Origin: Actinomycetales bacterium
GTDB lineage: Bacteria; Actinomycetota; Actinomycetes; Actinomycetales; CAVURS01
Assembly (NCBI GenBank): GCA_045807245.1
Contig: JBJMHS010000061.1
Location: 3,054 to 67,053 of the forward strand
Length of the DNA stretch: 64,000 nt
Reading direction: 5' to 3'
Shown here: positions 29,239-39,919 of the stretch, one piece after another
Layout of the letters: each line of letters opens with the position of its first letter
How positions within the stretch are numbered: the stretch's first letter is position 1
The notes under the pieces: generated by a model
What the model was told of the DNA's origin: nothing
The model's database searches: none
What the model saw: only the letters and a program-made list of their open reading frames with translations
Made by a program: the position numbers and the translations under genes

Positions 29239-30483
29239 TCACGCGGCTCCTGCGTCCCGCGATGTCGACGCCACCGAGGCAACGGTCGCAGCCGAAGCAT
29301 CCGCCGTCGGCTCCGCGGCCGTCGTACGCTCCTGGTCGACGTCGCGGGCCGCCTCCAAGGCGGCCTGGAGCAGCTGCCGCTCGGCCGCCGTCGCGCCGGC
29401 GCCGCCGCGGACATGCTCGAGGAAGTCGCAGCACACGTCGACGTCGGCCCGCCCCCGGACCCTGGTGGCGTACTGCCGCAGCGGCGTCGCGCCCCCCTCC
29501 GGCTCGAAGGCCAGGACGAGGGTGTGCGGGAACCGGCCGCGCAGCCGCTCCATCGCCGCGCGCGGCCGTTGCGCGTCGGTGAGCGTGATCTGGCAGTACG
29601 ACGACTCGGCGGGCGCGTGGACCGGATCGCTGAGCAGATCCTCGATCGGGCCGCGCAGCACGGCGAGCTCCCGGGCCACCGGGGCGGCGACGAACTCGGC
29701 GGACGCCAGGCCGTCGGCGTCGAGGTCGACCAGCCACGACCCCTTGGGCTGTCCGGCCTCGGAGAAGGAGTACGCCACCGGCGAGCCCGAGTAGCGCAGC
29801 CGCTCGGTCAGCGCGGCCCGCCCGTGCAGGTGGCCGAGCGCGACGTAGTCGACGCCGTCGAAGACCCAGGTCGGCACGGCAGCGACACCGCCGACGCTGA
29901 TGTCGCGTTCTGAGTCGGATGCGACGCCACCGACGACGAACGCGTGCGCCATCACGACCGAACGGGTGTGGACCGGGCGCTCGGCCAGGTCGGACCGGAC
30001 CCGCTCCATGACGTGCGTGAGCACGCTCTGGTGCGACGGTGCCGGCTCGCCGGGCAGCCCGATCGGCGCGGCCGCCAGCGCCGGCTCGAGGTACGGCACC
30101 GGATAGACCGCGACCGGGCCGTGCTCGTCGTCGAGCACCACCGGTTCGCCGGCCCGAGCAGGGTCGGTGCGCACGTGTACGCCGCCCGCGGCCATCACGC
30201 GGGACCCGAACCCGAGCCGTTGTGCCGAGTCATGGTTGCCGCTGGACAGCACGACCTGTGCCCCGGCCGCGCGCAGCCGGACCAGGGCGTCGTCCAACAG
30301 GGCGACGGTGTCGACGGAGGGCAGTGCTCGGTCGTACACGTCGCCCGAGACCAGGACGAGCTGGACGCCTCGCTCGGCGACCACCTCGACCAGGTGGTCC
30401 AGGAAGCGCGCCTGGGCGTCCAGCATCCCGACCCGGTGGAACGTACGTCCCAGGTGCCAGTCGGAGGTGTGGATCAGCCGCAC
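29239..30483 (-). CDS. sbcD: Exonuclease SbcD (Mre11-like phosphoesterase)
   Basis: MRLIHTSDWHLG, LVSGDVYDR, SGNHDS and the later GHLH motif. GTG start. Confidence 0.92.
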   Translation of the reverse strand: MRLIHTSDWHLGRTFHRVGMLDAQARFLDHLVEVVAERGVQLVLVSGDVYDRALPSVDTVALLDDALVRLRAAGAQVVLSSGNHDSAQRLGFGSRVMAAGGVHVRTDPARAGEPVVLDDEHGPVAVYPVPYLEPALAAAPIGLPGEPAPSHQSVLTHVMERVRSDLAERPVHTRSVVMAHAFVVGGVASDSERDISVGGVAAVPTWVFDGVDYVALGHLHGRAALTERLRYSGSPVAYSFSEAGQPKGSWLVDLDADGLASAEFVAAPVARELAVLRGPIEDLLSDPVHAPAESSYCQITLTDAQRPRAAMERLRGRFPHTLVLAFEPEGGATPLRQYATRVRGRADVDVCCDFLEHVRGGAGATAAERQLLQAALEAARDVDQERTTAAEPTADASAATVASVASTSRDAGAA

Positions 30484-30655
30484 GCCGCGAATGTAAAGCC
30501 GGGCGGGGACAGCACCGTGGACCTCACCCGGCGAGGCGACGAACTGACCCAGCGTGGCGCTGCGTGGAACCCGGGTCGGATCGGTGGTGGTTGGGTGCGG
30601 TTCGGCCCCTGGACGACCTCTTCACCTGGCTGCCCAGGTGTGGTTGGGTCCGGCC

Positions 30656-32143
30656 ATGGGTGACGAGGTCGCGCAGCGGGCGTACACGCGCGAAGAGCGC
30701 CAGCGGTATCGCAAGCGGGTCCGCGAGTGCCTCGACGTGTTCGAGCAGATGCTGGCCCACGCGAGCTTCGACTTCGAGAAGCCGCTCACCGGTCTGGAGA
30801 TCGAGCTCAACCTGGTCAACGCGGACTTCGCGCCCGCCATGGCGAACGCCGCGGTCCTCGACGTCATCGCCGACCCCGACTACCAGACCGAGCTCGGCCA
30901 GTACAACATCGAGCTCAACGTCTCTCCGCGCCCGCTGTCCGGCGACAACCCGCTCGAGCTCGAGGAGCTGCTGCGCAAGAGCCTCAACCATGCCGAGGCG
31001 CAGGCGAACAGCGTCGGGGCGCACATCGTCGCCATCGGCATCCTGCCCACGCTGACGCCGGAGAACTTCCACAACGACTGGATGAGCGCGAACCCGCGCT
31101 ACGCGATGCTCAACGAGGCGGTCTTCGCCGCGCGCGGCGAGGACCTGTTCATCGACATCGCGAACCCGGACTACGAGGGTGAGCGGCTGGCGATGTACGC
31201 CGACACGATCGCTCCGGAGTCCGCGTGCACCAGCGTGCAGCTCCATCTCCAGGTCAGCCCGCAGGAGTTCGCGGCATCCTGGAACGCCGCCCAGGCGCTG
31301 GTCGGTCCGCAGCTCGCACTCGGTGCCAACTCGCCGTACTTCTTCGGCAAGCAGCTGTGGGCCGAGACGCGCACCGAGCTCTTCCTCCAAGCCACCGACA
31401 CCCGCTCGGTCGAGCTGAAGAACCAGGGCGTGCGGCCGCGCGTGTTCTTCGGTGAGCGATGGATCACCTCGATCTTCGACCTGTTCGAGGAGAACGTGCG
31501 CTACTTCCCGGCGTTGCTGCCGGAGTCGACGCAGGAGGACCCGGCAGCGGTGCTGGCCGCCGGTGACGCACCCAAGCTGCAGGAGCTGCGGCTGCACAAC
31601 GGCACGGTCTATCGGTGGAACCGCCCGGTGTACGACCTCGTCGGTGGCCTGCCTCACCTGCGGGTCGAGAACCGGGTGCTGCCGGCGGGCCCCACTGTCG
31701 TCGACACCGTGGCGAATGCGCTGTTCTACTACGGCGTCAGCCGGGTGCTCAGCTCGGAGGACCGGCCGATCTGGACCAAGATGAGCTTCGACGCCGCGGC
31801 GCACAACTTCACCGAAGGTGCCCGGCGCGGGATCTCGGCCAGCCTCTACTGGCCCGGCCACGGTGAGCTGCCGGCCGACGAGCTGGTCCTGCGCCGGCTG
31901 CTCCCGCTCGCGGCCGAGGGGCTGCACCGCTGGGGGGTGTCGCAGGAGGCGATCGACCGCTACCTGCCGATCATCGAGGCCCGATGCACCGGCAGTGTGA
32001 ACGGCGCGTCCTGGCAGATCGACGCGGTCCAGGCGTTCGAGCGGCGCGGGGCCGACCGTCGTACCGCCCTGCGGCAGATGCTGGAGCTGTACACCCAGCA
32101 GATGCACGCCAACATCCCGGTCCACGAGTGGGAGCGGCCCTGA
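30656..32143 (+). CDS. Glutamate-cysteine ligase family 2 (carboxylate-amine ligase) protein
   Basis: TGLEIELNLV near the N-terminus and overall GCS2-like layout (SVQLHLQV, RVENRVLPAGPT). ATG at 30656 within the longer ORF. Confidence 0.8.
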   Translation: MGDEVAQRAYTREERQRYRKRVRECLDVFEQMLAHASFDFEKPLTGLEIELNLVNADFAPAMANAAVLDVIADPDYQTELGQYNIELNVSPRPLSGDNPLELEELLRKSLNHAEAQANSVGAHIVAIGILPTLTPENFHNDWMSANPRYAMLNEAVFAARGEDLFIDIANPDYEGERLAMYADTIAPESACTSVQLHLQVSPQEFAASWNAAQALVGPQLALGANSPYFFGKQLWAETRTELFLQATDTRSVELKNQGVRPRVFFGERWITSIFDLFEENVRYFPALLPESTQEDPAAVLAAGDAPKLQELRLHNGTVYRWNRPVYDLVGGLPHLRVENRVLPAGPTVVDTVANALFYYGVSRVLSSEDRPIWTKMSFDAAAHNFTEGARRGISASLYWPGHGELPADELVLRRLLPLAAEGLHRWGVSQEAIDRYLPIIEARCTGSVNGASWQIDAVQAFERRGADRRTALRQMLELYTQQMHANIPVHEWERP

Positions 32144-32709
32144 CCCTGCGGGTCGGCCCACCAGAGGAGCGAACTCCGGAGCGCGTGGTCCGGCTGGTCC
32201 AGGAGGTCATGGCCGAGGGCGCGGCCCTGGGCTGGGCGGGGGTCCCGACGTACGAGCAGGCCGTGGACTGGTGGCACGGACTGTTGGCTGAGGCCGCGGA
32301 GGGGCGCGCCGGCGTCTCCGCTGCGTACGACGGGGACGACCTGGTCGGGCTCGGCGAGTGGCGTCGCTATGAGCTCGCGCCCCAGGCGCAGAACGCCGAT
32401 GTGGAGAAGGTCTTCGTGAGCCCGCGCTGCCGAGGTGCGGGCGCGGGACGCCTGCTCATGGAGCACCTGGTCAGTCAGGCCCGGGCCTCGAACGTCGAAG
32501 TGCTGACGCTGCAGTGCCGGGGTAACAACCACGGCGCGATGCGGCTGTATCAGCGGCTCGGGTTCATCGAGTACGGCCGGATCCGCGACTTCGTCGGCTC
32601 GGGGCGCGACCGATGGGACAAGGTCGTGATGGCGCTCGACCTGCGTACCGGCCGTGAGGACCTCGACCGCCATGGCAGCGACCCGGTCGGTGAGGGATCG
32701 TCGCCGTGA
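32128..32709 (+). CDS. GNAT family N-acetyltransferase
   Basis: VFVSPRCRGAGAGRLLMEHLV (Q/RxxGxG/A motif) and NNHGAMRLYQRLGFIEYG. Start is uncertain: GTG 32128, CTG 32140 or GTG 32185. It overlaps or abuts the ligase stop. Confidence 0.7.
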   Translation: MGAALTLRVGPPEERTPERVVRLVQEVMAEGAALGWAGVPTYEQAVDWWHGLLAEAAEGRAGVSAAYDGDDLVGLGEWRRYELAPQAQNADVEKVFVSPRCRGAGAGRLLMEHLVSQARASNVEVLTLQCRGNNHGAMRLYQRLGFIEYGRIRDFVGSGRDRWDKVVMALDLRTGREDLDRHGSDPVGEGSSP

Positions 32710-32759
32710 GCCACGGCTGAGCGCAATACCGCTGCAGCACAACAGGTTCAGGCAGGGGA

Positions 32760-33758
32760 TCAAAGAGAGCGGCGGCGGCCCGGGCGAGGCAGCTCGCTCA
32801 GGACGTCGACCGCGCTGGTCGTCTCGTCCACGACCAGGAGGCGGACCGGGCCGACGCCGGCGTCGTCGAGCTCCTCGAGCAGCTGGGTGGTCCCCGCCTC
32901 GCCGCTGGACTCGAGCTCGGCGAGGACGACCGCGTGCCCGAGCTCGGCGTACTCACGGCTCAGCCGCGCGGCCAACCGGGCCCGCCACTCCAGGCCGGCC
33001 CCGCCATCGCGGTCGTCGCTCACCTCAGTGCCCACGATGGCCCGGGCGAGGAGGTCGCCGCGGACGACCGCCATGCTCGGCACCTCCTTGGCCAGGTCGC
33101 GAGCCAGCGCGGCCACGCCACCCATGCCCGTGAGCACGAGCACCCCTGGCCATGGCGCCTGGACCGGCGGCCGCGCGACCGGACCAACCGGCCCAGCTGC
33201 CTCCTCGGGAGCCTGGGTCGGGAACAGTGACGGCGTCGCACCCGGTGTCTCGGCTTCGTCCTCGGCCTGGTCGCTGGCCGCCGGCGCCTCGGACCGGGAC
33301 TCAGCGGCGGGCTCGGCCTCGGGCTCGGACTCCGGGGGAGCCACCGGCTCGAGCAGCCGGCGCACCACGGCCCGCGACTGCTCCTTCAGCTGGTCGTCCT
33401 CGGCGGTCCACCACCACGCCCAGCTCAGCGTGCCGTCCCGGATGTCGATGACGACGCCGACCATCTGCCCGTCGAGGCTGCCGAAGACACCCGGCTGCCC
33501 CTCCTGGAACGACAGCGGTTCCGCCTGACCGGCCAGGGTCGACTCGAGGATGACGTGGCCGCTGTCGGCGCGACGGATGACCGCCCGCTCGGCATGCTGC
33601 AGGCCGGCGCCCTGCGTCCACGCCTCGTAGTCGAGGTCGATCGCCCCGGCCTTGGTCGTGGTCACGGTGACCCGGGCGATGAATGGTCCACTGTGCGGTC
33701 CGTCGCCGCTGCCCCAGTAGGTCCCGGGCACGGCGGATAGCCGGTCCAGGATGGTCAT
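32760..33758 (-). CDS. Hypothetical two-domain protein (beta-rich N-domain, acidic Pro/Glu linker, P-loop-kinase-like C-domain with degenerate Walker A)
   Basis: ATG at 33758 with AAGGAAG upstream. N-terminus LSAVPGTYWGSGDG...GTLSWAWWW. Linker EPVAPPESEPEAEPAAE. C-terminus VLVLTGMGGVAALARDLA lacks the GK[ST] lysine. Confidence 0.65.
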   Translation of the reverse strand: MTILDRLSAVPGTYWGSGDGPHSGPFIARVTVTTTKAGAIDLDYEAWTQGAGLQHAERAVIRRADSGHVILESTLAGQAEPLSFQEGQPGVFGSLDGQMVGVVIDIRDGTLSWAWWWTAEDDQLKEQSRAVVRRLLEPVAPPESEPEAEPAAESRSEAPAASDQAEDEAETPGATPSLFPTQAPEEAAGPVGPVARPPVQAPWPGVLVLTGMGGVAALARDLAKEVPSMAVVRGDLLARAIVGTEVSDDRDGGAGLEWRARLAARLSREYAELGHAVVLAELESSGEAGTTQLLEELDDAGVGPVRLLVVDETTSAVDVLSELPRPGRRRSL

Positions 33759-33863
33759 GGGTCTTCCTTCGGGACAGAGACGAGCGGCGTCGACGGAGGA
33801 ATCAGCGTACCGGCCTGGGGCGGACCGTCACGACGCGCCGATGGGACGTGACAGCCTGGTCAC

Positions 33864-34490
33864 GTGGGCGACCTGTTCCTACTGCGCCATGGGCAGACCG
33901 CGTGGGCGGAGGCGGGTCGGCACACCGGGCTGACCGACGTACCGCTCACTGCGTACGGCGAGCAGCAGGCGCGCGCGGCAGGGGATGCGCTGCGCGCAGT
34001 GCTCAGCGCGCAGCAGGTCGCCCTGGTGCTCACCAGCCCTCTGCAACGCGCCCGCCGAACGGCGGAGCTGGCCGGCCTGCCCGAGGCCCAGGCGGAGCCG
34101 GACCTGGTGGAGTGGGACTACGGCGGCTACGAGGGCCAGACCACCGCCGAGATCCGGGCTGCGGGACATCCGGGCTGGCTGATCTTCCACGACGGCGTCG
34201 TGCCCGGGGCGACTCCGGGGGAGACCCTGGAGCAGGTCGCGGCCCGCGGCCGCCGGGTCCTGGACCGCGTCCGGCCGGCGCTGGCCGACGGCGACGTGGT
34301 TCTCGTCGGGCACGGCCACGCCCTGCGCGTCCTGGCCGCTGACTGGCTCGGCCGGCCGCCGGACCTGGCCCAGCAGCTGATCCTGAGCCCGGCTTCGGTG
34401 AGCCGGCTCGGGTCCGAGCACGACGTGCCCGCAGTCCGTGCGTGGAACGTCCTCCCACCGGACGGGTCGGCCGTCGGGACCGGCGGATAG
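33864..34490 (+). CDS. Histidine phosphatase (phosphoglycerate mutase) family protein
   Basis: [24 protein letters not shown] (RHG motif) and the later [11 protein letters not shown] start. Confidence 0.85.
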   Translation: MGDLFLLRHGQTAWAEAGRHTGLTDVPLTAYGEQQARAAGDALRAVLSAQQVALVLTSPLQRARRTAELAGLPEAQAEPDLVEWDYGGYEGQTTAEIRAAGHPGWLIFHDGVVPGATPGETLEQVAARGRRVLDRVRPALADGDVVLVGHGHALRVLAADWLGRPPDLAQQLILSPASVSRLGSEHDVPAVRAWNVLPPDGSAVGTGG

Positions 34491-34500
34491 CCTGCCGACC

Positions 34501-35901
34501 GTGCCGGACCTGTTCTCCAACGAGGCCGACGACGCGTACGGCGGTGGCGCCAGATTTGCCGAGGACACCGACGAACCGGGGTCCCAGCGCCCCCGGGTGC
34601 CGCTCGCCGTCCGGATGCGTCCACGCACGCTCGACGAGATCGTCGGGCAGTCGCACCTGCTCGGCGAGGGCGCGCCCCTGCGCCGGCTGGTCGAGGGCTC
34701 GGGGGGCCGGGCCGGGCCGCCGTCGGTGGTCCTGTGGGGACCTCCGGGCACGGGCAAGACGACCCTCGCGCACCTGGTCGCCCGCGCGACCGGGCGCTCG
34801 TTCAGTGAGCTGTCGGCCGTGACGGCCGGCGTCAAGGACGTCCGGAGGGTCATGGACGAGGCCCGCGTCACGCGCGACCTGCACCAGCGCGAGACCGTGC
34901 TCTTCCTGGACGAGATCCACAGGTTCACCAAGGCCCAGCAGGATGCGCTCCTGCCCGGTGTCGAGAACCGCTGGATCGTGCTGGTGGCGGCGACGACCGA
35001 GAACCCCTCGTTCAGCATCATCGCCCCGTTGCTGTCGCGCTCGCTGCTGCTGACCCTGCGCTCGCTCGAGGACGACGACATCCGCGACGTCATCCGGCGC
35101 GCGGTCACCGACGAGCACGGGCTGGCGGGCGAGGTCGACGTCGACGACCACGCGATGGACCACCTGGTCCGCACCGCTGTGGGTGACGCCCGCCGCGCAC
35201 TGACGGCGCTCGAGGCCGCCGCCGGCGCCGCCCTCGACCGCGAAGGCCCCGACGCACCCCGACCCGTGACCGTGCACCTCAATGACGCCGAGGCTGCGCT
35301 GGACCGTGCCGCCGTGCGGTACGACCGGGCGGGTGACCAGCACTACGACGTCGCGAGCGCGCTGATCAAGTCGATGCGCGGCTCCGACGTCGACGCTTCG
35401 CTGCACTACCTGGCCCGCATGCTCGAGGCGGGGGAGGACCCTCGCTTCGTCGCCCGGCGGATCGTCATCGCGGCCAGCGAGGACGTCGGCATGGCGGACC
35501 CGTCCGCTCTCCAGACCGCAGTGGCGGCCATGCACGCCGTCGCGCAGATCGGCATGCCGGAGGCGCGAATCGTGTTGGCCCAGGCGGTCGTTCACCTGGC
35601 CCTGGCGCCGAAGTCCAACGCGGCGTACCGCGGGATCAACGCCGCCATCGCCGACATCCGGGAGGGTCTCGGCGGCGCCGTCCCGGCTCACCTGCGCGGC
35701 ACCGGTTACGCGGGGGCCAAACGGCTCGGGCACGGCGAGGGCTATCGCTACCCCCATGACGACGAGCTCGGGGTGGTGGCGCAGCAGTATGCCCCGGACG
35801 ACGTCGCCGGCCGCGAGTACTACGACCCGACCGATCGTGGGCTGGAGCGCGAGCTGGCCGCCCGGCTGGCCCGGATCCGCCAGATCCTGCACGGCGGCTG
35901 A
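34501..35901 (+). CDS. rarA: Replication-associated recombination protein A
   Basis: [22 protein letters not shown], Walker [13 protein letters not shown], Walker B FLDEIHRF, and C-terminal MgsA motifs ([22 protein letters not shown]). Confidence 0.9.
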   Translation: MPDLFSNEADDAYGGGARFAEDTDEPGSQRPRVPLAVRMRPRTLDEIVGQSHLLGEGAPLRRLVEGSGGRAGPPSVVLWGPPGTGKTTLAHLVARATGRSFSELSAVTAGVKDVRRVMDEARVTRDLHQRETVLFLDEIHRFTKAQQDALLPGVENRWIVLVAATTENPSFSIIAPLLSRSLLLTLRSLEDDDIRDVIRRAVTDEHGLAGEVDVDDHAMDHLVRTAVGDARRALTALEAAAGAALDREGPDAPRPVTVHLNDAEAALDRAAVRYDRAGDQHYDVASALIKSMRGSDVDASLHYLARMLEAGEDPRFVARRIVIAASEDVGMADPSALQTAVAAMHAVAQIGMPEARIVLAQAVVHLALAPKSNAAYRGINAAIADIREGLGGAVPAHLRGTGYAGAKRLGHGEGYRYPHDDELGVVAQQYAPDDVAGREYYDPTDRGLERELAARLARIRQILHGG

Positions 35902-36031
35902 CCGCCCGGGCCGAGTGCGGTCCTTATGGTCGAGATGGTCGAGCATCAGCCGTGCGGAGCCGGGTAAGGTCGGCCCGTTCGCCTGGTCAGTCCGACCGGG
36001 GCCGCGCCAGTCCACTCCAGGGAGCGTGCCG

Positions 36032-36403
36032 ATGTCTGTTGGCGACGTCGCAGGCCTCATTGCCGCGATCGTCTTCGCCCTCCTGGTGGGCCTGTTGGCC
36101 TATCCGATCGTGAAGGTCGGCCGGCTGCTGGAGGACCTGCGCCACGGCGTGCAGGGTGTGTCCGAGCAGACCATCCCGCTGCTGTCCGAGGTCACCACCA
36201 CGGTGTCCACGACGAACGCCCAGCTGGTCCGAGTGGATGCGATCACGACGAACGTCCAGCAGATCACCACCAACGCGTCCGCGCTGACCGCCCTGTTCGC
36301 AGCGACGCTCGGCTCGCCGCTGGTCAAGGTCGCGGCGTTCTCGTACGGCGTGCGCCAGGCGATGTCGGGCCGGGGCAGTAAGCGCCGCAAGGGTGGGCGC
36401 TGA
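36032..36403 (+). CDS. DUF948-like membrane protein
   Basis: N-terminal TM segment (VAGLIAAIVFALLVGLLAYPI) followed by a helical T/N/Q-rich segment. ATG at 36032 inside the longer ORF. Confidence 0.7.
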   Translation: MSVGDVAGLIAAIVFALLVGLLAYPIVKVGRLLEDLRHGVQGVSEQTIPLLSEVTTTVSTTNAQLVRVDAITTNVQQITTNASALTALFAATLGSPLVKVAAFSYGVRQAMSGRGSKRRKGGR

Positions 36404-36648
36404 TGCGCCGGCTGTTCTGGGTCGCCCTGGGCGCGACGGCGGGCATCCTCGTCGTCCGCCGGGTGACGCGCGCGGCGCAGGCCTACACCCCCGAGGGTGT
36501 GGCGCGCTCCCTGTCCGGCCTGGGCGACGGGCTGCGCGAGATGGCGTCCGTCGTCCGTGAGGGGATGGCGGAGCGGGAGGCCGAGCTGCGCGCAGCCCTG
36601 GGTGCAGACGCGCAGTCCCACCCCGGTTCCGACCCGCACGCGGCCTGA
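36403..36648 (+). CDS. Small hypothetical membrane protein
   Basis: 81 aa with TM segment [15 protein letters not shown]. Its start overlaps the upstream stop and its stop overlaps the alaS ATG (TGATG). Confidence 0.5.
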   Translation: MRRLFWVALGATAGILVVRRVTRAAQAYTPEGVARSLSGLGDGLREMASVVREGMAEREAELRAALGADAQSHPGSDPHAA

Positions 36649-39362
36649 TGGAGACGGCCGAGATCCGACGGCGCTGGCTGAGCTTCTTCGAGGAGCGCGG
36701 CCACGTCGTCGTGCCGAGCGCGTCCCTGCTGTCCGACGACCCGACGCTTCTGTTCACCGTCGCCGGCATGGTGCCGTTCATCCCGTACCTCACCGGCCAA
36801 CAGGCGCCGCCCTGGCCGCGCGCGACGAGCGTCCAGAAGTGCGTACGGACCCTCGACATCGAGGAGGTCGGCAAGACCACCAGGCACGGCACGTTCTTCC
36901 AGATGAACGGCAACTTCTCCTTCGGTGACTACTTCAAGGAGGAGGCGATCGGCTTCGCGTGGGACCTGGTGACCGGTTCGCAGGGGGACGGCAAGCTCGG
37001 GTTCGACCCCGACTCGATCTGGGTGACGGTCTTCGAGACGGACGACGAGGCGTACGACGTCTGGTCACGGGTCGTCGGCATCCCGGCGGAGCGGATCCAG
37101 CGGCGGGGCCGCAAGGACAACTACTGGTCGACCGGTGTGCCGGGCCCGGCCGGGCCGTGCTCGGAGATCTACGTGGACCGCGGTCGCGAGCATGGTGTCG
37201 AGGGCGGCCCGGTCGCGGACGAGGACCGTTACCTGGAGATCTGGAACCTCGTCTTCATGCAGGACGAGCGTGGCCCGGGCTTCGGCAAGGACGACTTCGA
37301 CATCCTCGGCCCCCTGCCGCAGAAGAACATCGACACCGGCCTGGGCCTCGAGCGCGTCGCGTACCTGCTCCAGGGCGTCGACAACCTCTACGAGATCGAC
37401 GAGGTCTACCCGGTCCTGGAGCGCGCCGCGGACCTGGCCGGCAAGAAGTACAGCGGGCTCCCAGGGGACCGGGCCGACGAGGGCGCGAACCACATCGACG
37501 ACGTCCGGCTCCGGGTCGTGGCCGACCACATCCGCAGCGCCCTCATGCTGATCGGCGACGGCGTCACGCCGGGCAACGAGGCGCGCGGCTACGTCGTCCG
37601 CCGGCTGATCCGGCGGGCGGTGCGCTCGATGCGGCTGCTCGGAGTCGAGGACCCGGTGCTGCCCGAGCTGCTGCCGCTCAGCCGGGACCGGATGTCGGCG
37701 TCGTACCCGGAGGTCGCGTCCGACTTCTCGCGCATCAGCCAGATCGCCTACGCCGAGGAGGAGGCGTTCCGTCGTACACTCACGGCCGGTACGACGATCT
37801 TCGACACCGCGGTCGCGAGGTCGAAATCGACTGGCGCCCAGTCACTTTCGGGCGACCAGGCGTTCCAGCTGCACGACACCTACGGCTTCCCGATCGACCT
37901 CACGCTGGAGATGGCGGCGGAGCAAGGCATCGGCGTCGACGAGGACGGCTTCCGCCGGCTGATGGCCGAGCAGCGCGAACGGGCCAAGGCCGACTCCCGG
38001 GCGAAGAAGACGGGCGCCGGTGGCACTGCGGCGTACCGCGGGATCGCGGACCGGCTCGGCCGCCCGGTGGACTTCACGGGCTACGACGAGGTCGTGTCGG
38101 AGGGCTCGGTCGCGGGCCTGCTGGTCGATGGCGAGGAGGCGAGCTCGGCGCCCGAGGGGTCGGAGATCGAGCTCGTGCTGGACCGCACCCCCTTCTACGC
38201 CGAGGGTGGCGGGCAGCTGGCCGACGGTGGCCGGGTCGAGCTGGCCAACGGGGCGGTCGTCGAGGTCCACGACGTCCAGTCGCCCTTCTCCGGCCTGATC
38301 GTGCATCGGGCGAGGGTCGTCAGCGGTCAGGTCGACGTGGGCGACCACGCGCAGTCGCTCGTGGACATCGACCGCCGCAAGGCGATCAGCCGTGCGCACA
38401 CGGCGACCCACATGGTGCACAAGGCGATCCGTGAGGCGCTGGGGGACACCGCTACCCAGGCCGGCTCGGAGAACGCCCCCGGCCGGTTCCGGTTCGACTT
38501 CCAGGCATCGGCAGCGGTCCCACCGAGCGTGCTCTCCGACGTCGAGGCCGAGGTCAACGCGATGCTGGCCGAGGACCTCGCGGTCCGGGCCGAGCTCATG
38601 ACCCAGGCCCAGGCCCGGGAGATCGGCGCCATGGCCCTGTTCGGCGAGAAGTACGGGGACCAGGTCCGCGTCGTCTCCGTCGGCGACTGGGCCCGCGAGC
38701 TCTGCGGCGGCACCCACGCCCAGCGCTCCGGGCAGCTCGGCCTGGTCAAGCTGATGGGCGAGAGCTCGATCGGGGCGGGGGTCCGCCGGGTCGAGGCTCT
38801 GGTGGGCGCGGACGCCTACGACTTCCTGGCCCGCGAGCATGCGTTGGTCGGTCAGCTCACGGACGTGCTGAAGGTACGCCGCGAGGAGCTGCCCGAGCGA
38901 GTGGCCTCGATCCTGGCTCGGCTGCGCGAGGCGGAGAAGGAGATCGACGCCGCCCGGCGCCAGCACGTCCTGTCCGATGCGGCGGCCCTGGCCGGCTCGG
39001 CCCGGGACGTGTTCGGCGTACGCGTCGTCAGCACGAACGCAGGCGAGGGGGTTGCCGCGGACGACCTGCGCACGCTGGTGCTCGACGTGCGCGGACGGCT
39101 CGGTGAAGCCGAGCCGGCCGTGGTGGCCGTCGCCGGTGTGGCCAAGGACCGGCCGTCGATCGTCGTGGGGACGAACGCGGAGGCCCGGCGCTGGGGGGTC
39201 AAGGCGGGAGACCTCGTGCGAGTCGCCGCGAGCACCCTCGGCGGCGGCGGCGGCGGCAAGGACGACCTCGCGCAAGGCGGCGGCACCGACCCGGGCAAGG
39301 TCGACGAAGCCCTGGCCCAGCTGGAGCACGCCGTGGGCCAGGCGGTGACCCGGACCACGTGA
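36648..39362 (+). CDS. alaS: Alanine--tRNA ligase
   Basis: 904 aa with [20 protein letters not shown], the editing-domain HTATHMVH...CGGTH motif and a C-terminal DHHA1-like [14 protein letters not shown]. Confidence 0.97.
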   Translation: METAEIRRRWLSFFEERGHVVVPSASLLSDDPTLLFTVAGMVPFIPYLTGQQAPPWPRATSVQKCVRTLDIEEVGKTTRHGTFFQMNGNFSFGDYFKEEAIGFAWDLVTGSQGDGKLGFDPDSIWVTVFETDDEAYDVWSRVVGIPAERIQRRGRKDNYWSTGVPGPAGPCSEIYVDRGREHGVEGGPVADEDRYLEIWNLVFMQDERGPGFGKDDFDILGPLPQKNIDTGLGLERVAYLLQGVDNLYEIDEVYPVLERAADLAGKKYSGLPGDRADEGANHIDDVRLRVVADHIRSALMLIGDGVTPGNEARGYVVRRLIRRAVRSMRLLGVEDPVLPELLPLSRDRMSASYPEVASDFSRISQIAYAEEEAFRRTLTAGTTIFDTAVARSKSTGAQSLSGDQAFQLHDTYGFPIDLTLEMAAEQGIGVDEDGFRRLMAEQRERAKADSRAKKTGAGGTAAYRGIADRLGRPVDFTGYDEVVSEGSVAGLLVDGEEASSAPEGSEIELVLDRTPFYAEGGGQLADGGRVELANGAVVEVHDVQSPFSGLIVHRARVVSGQVDVGDHAQSLVDIDRRKAISRAHTATHMVHKAIREALGDTATQAGSENAPGRFRFDFQASAAVPPSVLSDVEAEVNAMLAEDLAVRAELMTQAQAREIGAMALFGEKYGDQVRVVSVGDWARELCGGTHAQRSGQLGLVKLMGESSIGAGVRRVEALVGADAYDFLAREHALVGQLTDVLKVRREELPERVASILARLREAEKEIDAARRQHVLSDAAALAGSARDVFGVRVVSTNAGEGVAADDLRTLVLDVRGRLGEAEPAVVAVAGVAKDRPSIVVGTNAEARRWGVKAGDLVRVAASTLGGGGGGKDDLAQGGGTDPGKVDEALAQLEHAVGQAVTRTT

Positions 39363-39829
39363 GGCCGGGGCGCCGGATCGGCGTCGACGTCGGCACCGTC
39401 CGGGTCGGCGTGGCCGTCAGCGACCGGGACGGCCTGCTGGCCACACCAGTGACGACGCTGGCCCGGGACGCGGCCGGCGCGGCCGACCAGGCGCAGGTCG
39501 CCGAGCTGGCCCGCGAGCATGAGGCCGTCGAGCTGGTCGTGGGGCTGCCACGGTCGCTGTCCGGTCGCGAGGGACCTGCCGCGCAGGCGGCCCGCGCCTA
39601 CGCCCAGGCCTTGGCCGCTCTGGTGGCGCCGCTGCCGGTCCGGCTGGTCGACGAGCGGCTCACCACCGTGAGCGCACAGCAGCACTTGCGCCGCGCCGGT
39701 GTACGCGAACGGCAGGGCCGGGGCGTCGTCGACCAGGTCGCGGCCGTCGTGATCCTGCAGCACGCGCTCGACGCCGAGCGGTCCTCCGGGCGGGTGCCCG
39801 GCGAGCTCGTGCCGCCGACCTCTGGCTGA
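39359..39829 (+). CDS. ruvX: Holliday junction resolvase-like RuvX (YqgF)
   Basis: [17 protein letters not shown]...[10 protein letters not shown]...DERLTTV. GTGA overlap with the alaS stop. Confidence 0.9.
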   Translation: MRPGRRIGVDVGTVRVGVAVSDRDGLLATPVTTLARDAAGAADQAQVAELAREHEAVELVVGLPRSLSGREGPAAQAARAYAQALAALVAPLPVRLVDERLTTVSAQQHLRRAGVRERQGRGVVDQVAAVVILQHALDAERSSGRVPGELVPPTSG

Positions 39830-39919
39830 GGGCCGCACTTTGGCGCAGAGGTAGAGTGTCGCGACTGCGGTGGGGGCTGGAGATAGCGCGCAACTCTGGA
39901 CGAAAGGCGAACGCTCCCG

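Noticed and set aside
26160-30483. The SbcC/SbcD pair as a disguised defence system (Rad50/SMC-like ATPase plus nuclease).
   Set aside because: Both proteins have canonical SbcCD motifs (zinc hook, Mre11 phosphoesterase motifs). No additional defence-type partners such as KwaA, JetABCD or Lmu-like genes are present.
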